Below, one piece after another: positions 60,315 to 64,000 of a stretch of 64,000 nucleotides of DNA (position 1 is the stretch's first letter; each line of letters opens with the position of its first letter). Made by a program: the position numbers and the translations under genes. Source of the stretch: an uncultured Gemmatimonadales bacterium. Its GTDB lineage: Bacteria > Gemmatimonadota > Gemmatimonadetes > Gemmatimonadales > GWC2-71-9. Under the pieces are notes generated by a model. It was not told the DNA's origin, did not search any database, and saw only the letters and a program-made list of their open reading frames with translations. The DNA is taken from positions 224,001 through 288,000 of the forward strand of contig CAVSQW010000006.1 of the NCBI GenBank assembly GCA_963730185.1, given 5' to 3'.

Positions 60315-62243
60315 TCAAGCCAGCCGGAGGAGCTCCTGCGCGGCCCGGTGGCCCTCGTCGATCGCGGCGTCGGTGTAGGCGTAGGCCGCGGCGTCGGCGT
60401 TGGCGATGGCGATTCGTCCGAACGGACGTCGGGCCACCTCGCAGGGGGTCTCCCGGCCCTCGAACCAGAAGTCGTCGGACAGCGAGTTGTACTGATAGGC
60501 GTAACCGTGAGGCCACCGGTTGACCGTGAGGCCCAGGATATCACGCGCCGGATCGAATCCGGCCCCGCCGAGCACCCGCCCCAACTGAGCGCGGACGGAA
60601 CGCTCGATGGTCTCGAACGACGTGGTGAACAGCTCCATCCGCCCGGCCCGATGCTGATCGCGGGCCGGCAGGCCTGGGTGGCAGGCCGACTTCTCGAGGT
60701 GAAGCACGACCGGCACCTCGGGACGCTCGGAGTGGTGGTAACCGCCCAGGCTCACCGGAAAATCGAGAGACATCGCCGTGTGCCAGAAACCCGGGGTGAG
60801 CACCCGACGAACACCCAACGTCTCGAAGGCGGTCCAATTCCGGACGAAGACGTTGGTGTAGACCAGGGGGACCTTGATGGCGAAACGGAGGGCCTCCACC
60901 TGGGGAGAGGGCAGCTCGTCCGTGAGGTACGGGATCACCGCGTGCCAGCAGGCCAGCACGACGGCGCCGGCCGTTACCGTGGCCAGGCTGCCATCCCTGA
61001 CGTAAGCCACCTCGACCTGGCCGGCAGGACCGCTCAGATGGCGAACCCGGACCACGCTGCTCGAGAGTCGGATCCGGACCGGGGCGCCGGGCCGGTCGAG
61101 CCGCCCGTAGTCGGCCCGGGCGGTGACCACGTCGTCCATGGTCCCGCCGGGGATCGCACCGGGAACCAGACGCCGGACCAGGAGCCTGGTGATCGAGGCG
61201 TTGCCGTCGGGGAAGTGGAAGTAGTAGTCGCCGTCGGCCGGCCCGGCCGACGGAATGGTATCGCGATTCTGGCCGGGCCCGCCCCGGGCCGGGTCGAGGC
61301 CCATCGCCTGGAAGCCGGGAAGGCCCAGACCGAAGGCATCTTGAGCGGGAACGGCGTCGATGCCGACCCCGAAGAGATCGTGGGGCAGGGTCTGGAAGAG
61401 GGGCAGCACGCCGGGGTCGAGCTTCCACATCCGGGTGAGGAAGTCAGCGTAGCTCATCCGGGCGAGGCGCCTTCTCTTGGCGTCCTCGTCGAGCCCGTGG
61501 AGGGGGTCGAATCGGGCGGTGTACAGCCGCTGGAGATCGCGCTTCACGCCCTCGGCCAGCGGCGCCGCGGCCACGAACGCCGGGTCGTATTCCTCGGGAG
61601 TGCCCCGGACCAGCTGGTCACTTCCGAACCGCTCGCGATCGAAGAAGAATGCCGGACCGAGACCGCGGTAGGTATCCGAGTGCAGGACCTCCTTCCATCG
61701 GCCGACCTCGATGCCCAACTCCTCGATCAGGCCGCGGGCCACCGCGCTGTAGGGCGCCGGGCTGTCGATCGACTGCGTCCCGCCGTAGCCGATGAAGGTC
61801 CGGTCTCCACTCCCGAACTCATTGCGCTTGGCGTGGCCGCCGAAATCATCGTGGTTGTCGAGAATCAGCACCCGGGCGTCGGGCCGGGCCTGACGAAAGA
61901 AGTGGGCCGCGGCCAGCCCGCTGATCCCGGCCCCGACTACCACCAGGTCGTACGCCTCGCCGGTCGGCCGGGCGGCCGGCGCGGTCGGCCAGAAGGTTCC
62001 GTCCCGGACGGCGTGCATGGTCTCGAAGGAGCCGGGGTGGGAGCCCCGAAGGCCGGTCAGGGCGGGTGGATACGGCCCCGCCGCCGGCCCAGCGCATCCC
62101 GACAACCAGGGCGCGAGGAGCGCGGTGCCCGTGGCGATCGCGACCCCGTTGAGAAAGTCGCGCCGGTCGATGGCCCGATCCATTCCCAGGGCGCGGTCGG
62201 CGCCGGACCTCGCCGACGGGTCATGGCGGTCGTCGTTTCTCAT
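60315..62243 (-). CDS. spdH: Spermidine dehydrogenase-like FAD oxidoreductase (Tat substrate)
   Basis: RRDFLNG Tat motif, GLRGSHPGSFE, GAGISGL, DNHDDFGGHAKRNEF, HFPDGNAS and NRWPHGYAY. Confidence 0.78.
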   Translation of the reverse strand: MRNDDRHDPSARSGADRALGMDRAIDRRDFLNGVAIATGTALLAPWLSGCAGPAAGPYPPALTGLRGSHPGSFETMHAVRDGTFWPTAPAARPTGEAYDLVVVGAGISGLAAAHFFRQARPDARVLILDNHDDFGGHAKRNEFGSGDRTFIGYGGTQSIDSPAPYSAVARGLIEELGIEVGRWKEVLHSDTYRGLGPAFFFDRERFGSDQLVRGTPEEYDPAFVAAAPLAEGVKRDLQRLYTARFDPLHGLDEDAKRRRLARMSYADFLTRMWKLDPGVLPLFQTLPHDLFGVGIDAVPAQDAFGLGLPGFQAMGLDPARGGPGQNRDTIPSAGPADGDYYFHFPDGNASITRLLVRRLVPGAIPGGTMDDVVTARADYGRLDRPGAPVRIRLSSSVVRVRHLSGPAGQVEVAYVRDGSLATVTAGAVVLACWHAVIPYLTDELPSPQVEALRFAIKVPLVYTNVFVRNWTAFETLGVRRVLTPGFWHTAMSLDFPVSLGGYHHSERPEVPVVLHLEKSACHPGLPARDQHRAGRMELFTTSFETIERSVRAQLGRVLGGAGFDPARDILGLTVNRWPHGYAYQYNSLSDDFWFEGRETPCEVARRPFGRIAIANADAAAYAYTDAAIDEGHRAAQELLRLA

Positions 62244-63679
62244 AGTCCTCCGGTCGCGACCAGCTTGGTTTCGAGATACTCGGCCAAGCCCTCCGCCCCG
62301 CTCTCGTGGCCGAGTCCGCTCTGCTTCCACCCCCCGAAGGGCGCCTCCGTCGCGAAGGGCGCCCAGTCGTTCACCCCGACCAGGCCGAACTCGAGCCGCT
62401 CGGCGGCGCGGATCGCCGTCGGCAGATGGTTGGTCCACACATAGGCCGCCAGTCCATAGGCGGTGGCGTTCGCCAAGGCCAAGGCTTCGTCGAGCTCGTC
62501 GAACGCCACGATCGGCAGCACCGGGCCGAAGATCTCTTCCCCAAAGACCGCCTGGTCCGGCCGCACCCCGGCCAGGACCGTGGGCTGGAAGAAGTAGCCT
62601 CGGGCGGGGTCGGGCGGTCGGCCGCCGCCGGTCAGCACGGTCGCCCCGTCCCGGGCGGCGTCCGACACCAGCGCCTCCACTCGGTCCCGCTGCCGGGCGT
62701 TGATCAACGGGCCCACCTGGGTGGCATCGTCGAGACCACTCCCCACCCTGAGGACCGCGGCCTGCTGGGCCACCCGCTCCGCGAACTGATCGGCAATCCG
62801 CCGGTGGACCAGAAATCGCTGCGGCGCCACGCACACCTGGCCGTTGTTCCTGAACTTGGCGCTCACCGACCCGACGCTGAACGCCTCGACGTCGACGTCG
62901 GGAAAGACCAGGACCGGGGCGTTGCCGCCCAGCTCCAGTGAGAGCCGGGTAACCGTCCGCGCCGCGCCGTCCATGAGCAGCTTCCCGACCCGCACACTCC
63001 CGGTGAAGCTGACCTTCCGACAGGCGGGATGGTCCAACATCTCCTGTCCCATGGCGTCCGGGTCGCCGTTCACCAGGTTGAGCACCCCATCGGGCAGCCC
63101 CGCCTCCACCAGCAGCGCGGCCATGGCCATCGCGGTGAGAGGAGTGTACTCGGACGGGCGCCCCACGACCGTGCACCCCGCCGCCAGGGCGGCGGCCCAG
63201 GCCCGCGCCGGGTTATAGGCCGGGAAGTTCCAGGCGGTAATGACTCCGACCACGCCGAGCGGCTGCCGAAGAACGGTCAGCCGCTTGCTGGTCACTCGCG
63301 AGGGGATGGTCCGACCGTAGGCCCGCTTCCCCTCCTCGGCGAACCACTCGAACAGGTCGGCGGCGACCAGCCACTCCCCTCGGGCCTGGGCCCTCGGCTT
63401 CCCGCTCTCGCGAACGGAGGTCGCGGCCAGGTCGGCCGCCCGTTCGCGCATCAGGGTCGCGGCCCGGAGCAGGATGGCACCTCGCTCCCATGGGCTCCGC
63501 CCGGCCCACCCGGGAAACGCCGACGACGCCGCTTCGATCGCCGCCCGACAATCGGCTCGACCGCCGAACGGCACCGTTCGGACCACCCCCTCCGTGGCCG
63601 GGTCGATCACGTCCCACGTGCCGCCCTCGCTGGCGTCGACCCAGCGACCCGCGATCAGCTGCCGATAGGGATAGGTCAT
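62240..63679 (-). CDS. gabD: NAD(P)-dependent succinate-semialdehyde/aldehyde dehydrogenase
   Basis: WNFP, FTGS, LELGGNAP, FRNNGQVC, EEIFGP and FGGWKQSG motifs. Confidence 0.8.
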   Translation of the reverse strand: MTYPYRQLIAGRWVDASEGGTWDVIDPATEGVVRTVPFGGRADCRAAIEAASSAFPGWAGRSPWERGAILLRAATLMRERAADLAATSVRESGKPRAQARGEWLVAADLFEWFAEEGKRAYGRTIPSRVTSKRLTVLRQPLGVVGVITAWNFPAYNPARAWAAALAAGCTVVGRPSEYTPLTAMAMAALLVEAGLPDGVLNLVNGDPDAMGQEMLDHPACRKVSFTGSVRVGKLLMDGAARTVTRLSLELGGNAPVLVFPDVDVEAFSVGSVSAKFRNNGQVCVAPQRFLVHRRIADQFAERVAQQAAVLRVGSGLDDATQVGPLINARQRDRVEALVSDAARDGATVLTGGGRPPDPARGYFFQPTVLAGVRPDQAVFGEEIFGPVLPIVAFDELDEALALANATAYGLAAYVWTNHLPTAIRAAERLEFGLVGVNDWAPFATEAPFGGWKQSGLGHESGAEGLAEYLETKLVATGGL

Positions 63680-63680
63680 T

Positions 63681-64000
63681 TCACCCCTCGTACGCGAGTT
63701 GGCCGCCGACCCAGGTCTGCTCTACCCGGAGGTTGGTGAGCTCAGCCGCCGGCGGGGTCAGCGGATCACCGGACAGCACCGCCAGGTCGGCCCATTTCCC
63801 GACCGCGAGGCTCCCCCGGTTGGCCTCGTCGCCCGAGGCGACGGCGCCCCCAAGCGTGTAGGCGGAAAGTCCTTCGGCGACCGTGATGGCTTGATCGGCG
63901 GCAATCGCTTCGCCGGCGTCGTCCAGCCGGTCCACGGCGGCCCGGAGTCCCAGCAACGGATCGTCGCTCTCCACGACGGGAGCGTCCGACGACAGGGCCA
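63681..64000 (-). CDS. Amidohydrolase_3 (YtcJ-like), C-terminal part only
   Basis: LSSDAPV..AYTLGGA..GSLAVGKWADLAVL..TWVGG. Confidence 0.8.
   Translation of the reverse strand, partial: ALSSDAPVVESDDPLLGLRAAVDRLDDAGEAIAADQAITVAEGLSAYTLGGAVASGDEANRGSLAVGKWADLAVLSGDPLTPPAAELTNLRVEQTWVGGQLAYEG

Noticed and set aside
1..64000. CRISPR arrays, tRNA/rRNA, transposases, integrases and prophage genes
   Set aside because: I recognised no spaced direct repeats, cloverleaf signatures or mobile-element motifs by eye. Intergenic gaps are short and accounted for.

Overview
A very GC-rich bacterial chromosomal segment of mostly housekeeping and cell-envelope genes. The gene families suggest Gemmatimonadota (inference only). 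From left to right it holds: (1) a minus-strand his operon, hisG-D-C-H-A-B-F-N, preceded by an unannotated His-rich leader peptide and attenuator; (2) two tandem secreted paralogues with a CarboxypepD_reg domain and a TonB-plug-like domain but no barrel; (3) an arginine operon, argG-[DUF1611-like P-loop protein]-argC-argD-argF'-argB-argE-argH-argR, with an ARG box, no argA/argJ, and signatures of an N-succinylated pathway; (4) a vapBC pair; (5) a VPS10/BNR propeller protein, CPBP protease, S9 peptidase and a hidden UxxC peroxiredoxin-like selenoprotein with a SECIS-like hairpin; (6) PNPOx-like, amidase and DHFR-like genes; (7) alpha-2-macroglobulin plus pbpC, OmpA and an AI-2E transporter; (8) tesA/ybbA/ybbP, fabI and small genes; (9) glpQ and a caa3-type oxidase operon; (10) greA, a groES-like gene, an M20 amidohydrolase and paaZ; (11) a polyamine/GABA catabolic cluster. 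Many single-base frameshifts between about 10 and 33 kb look like sequencing indel errors. I saw no rRNA, tRNA, CRISPR array or transposase. The most promising novel signals are the arg operon with a candidate non-canonical glutamate N-acylating enzyme, the selenoprotein, and the leaderless His attenuator.
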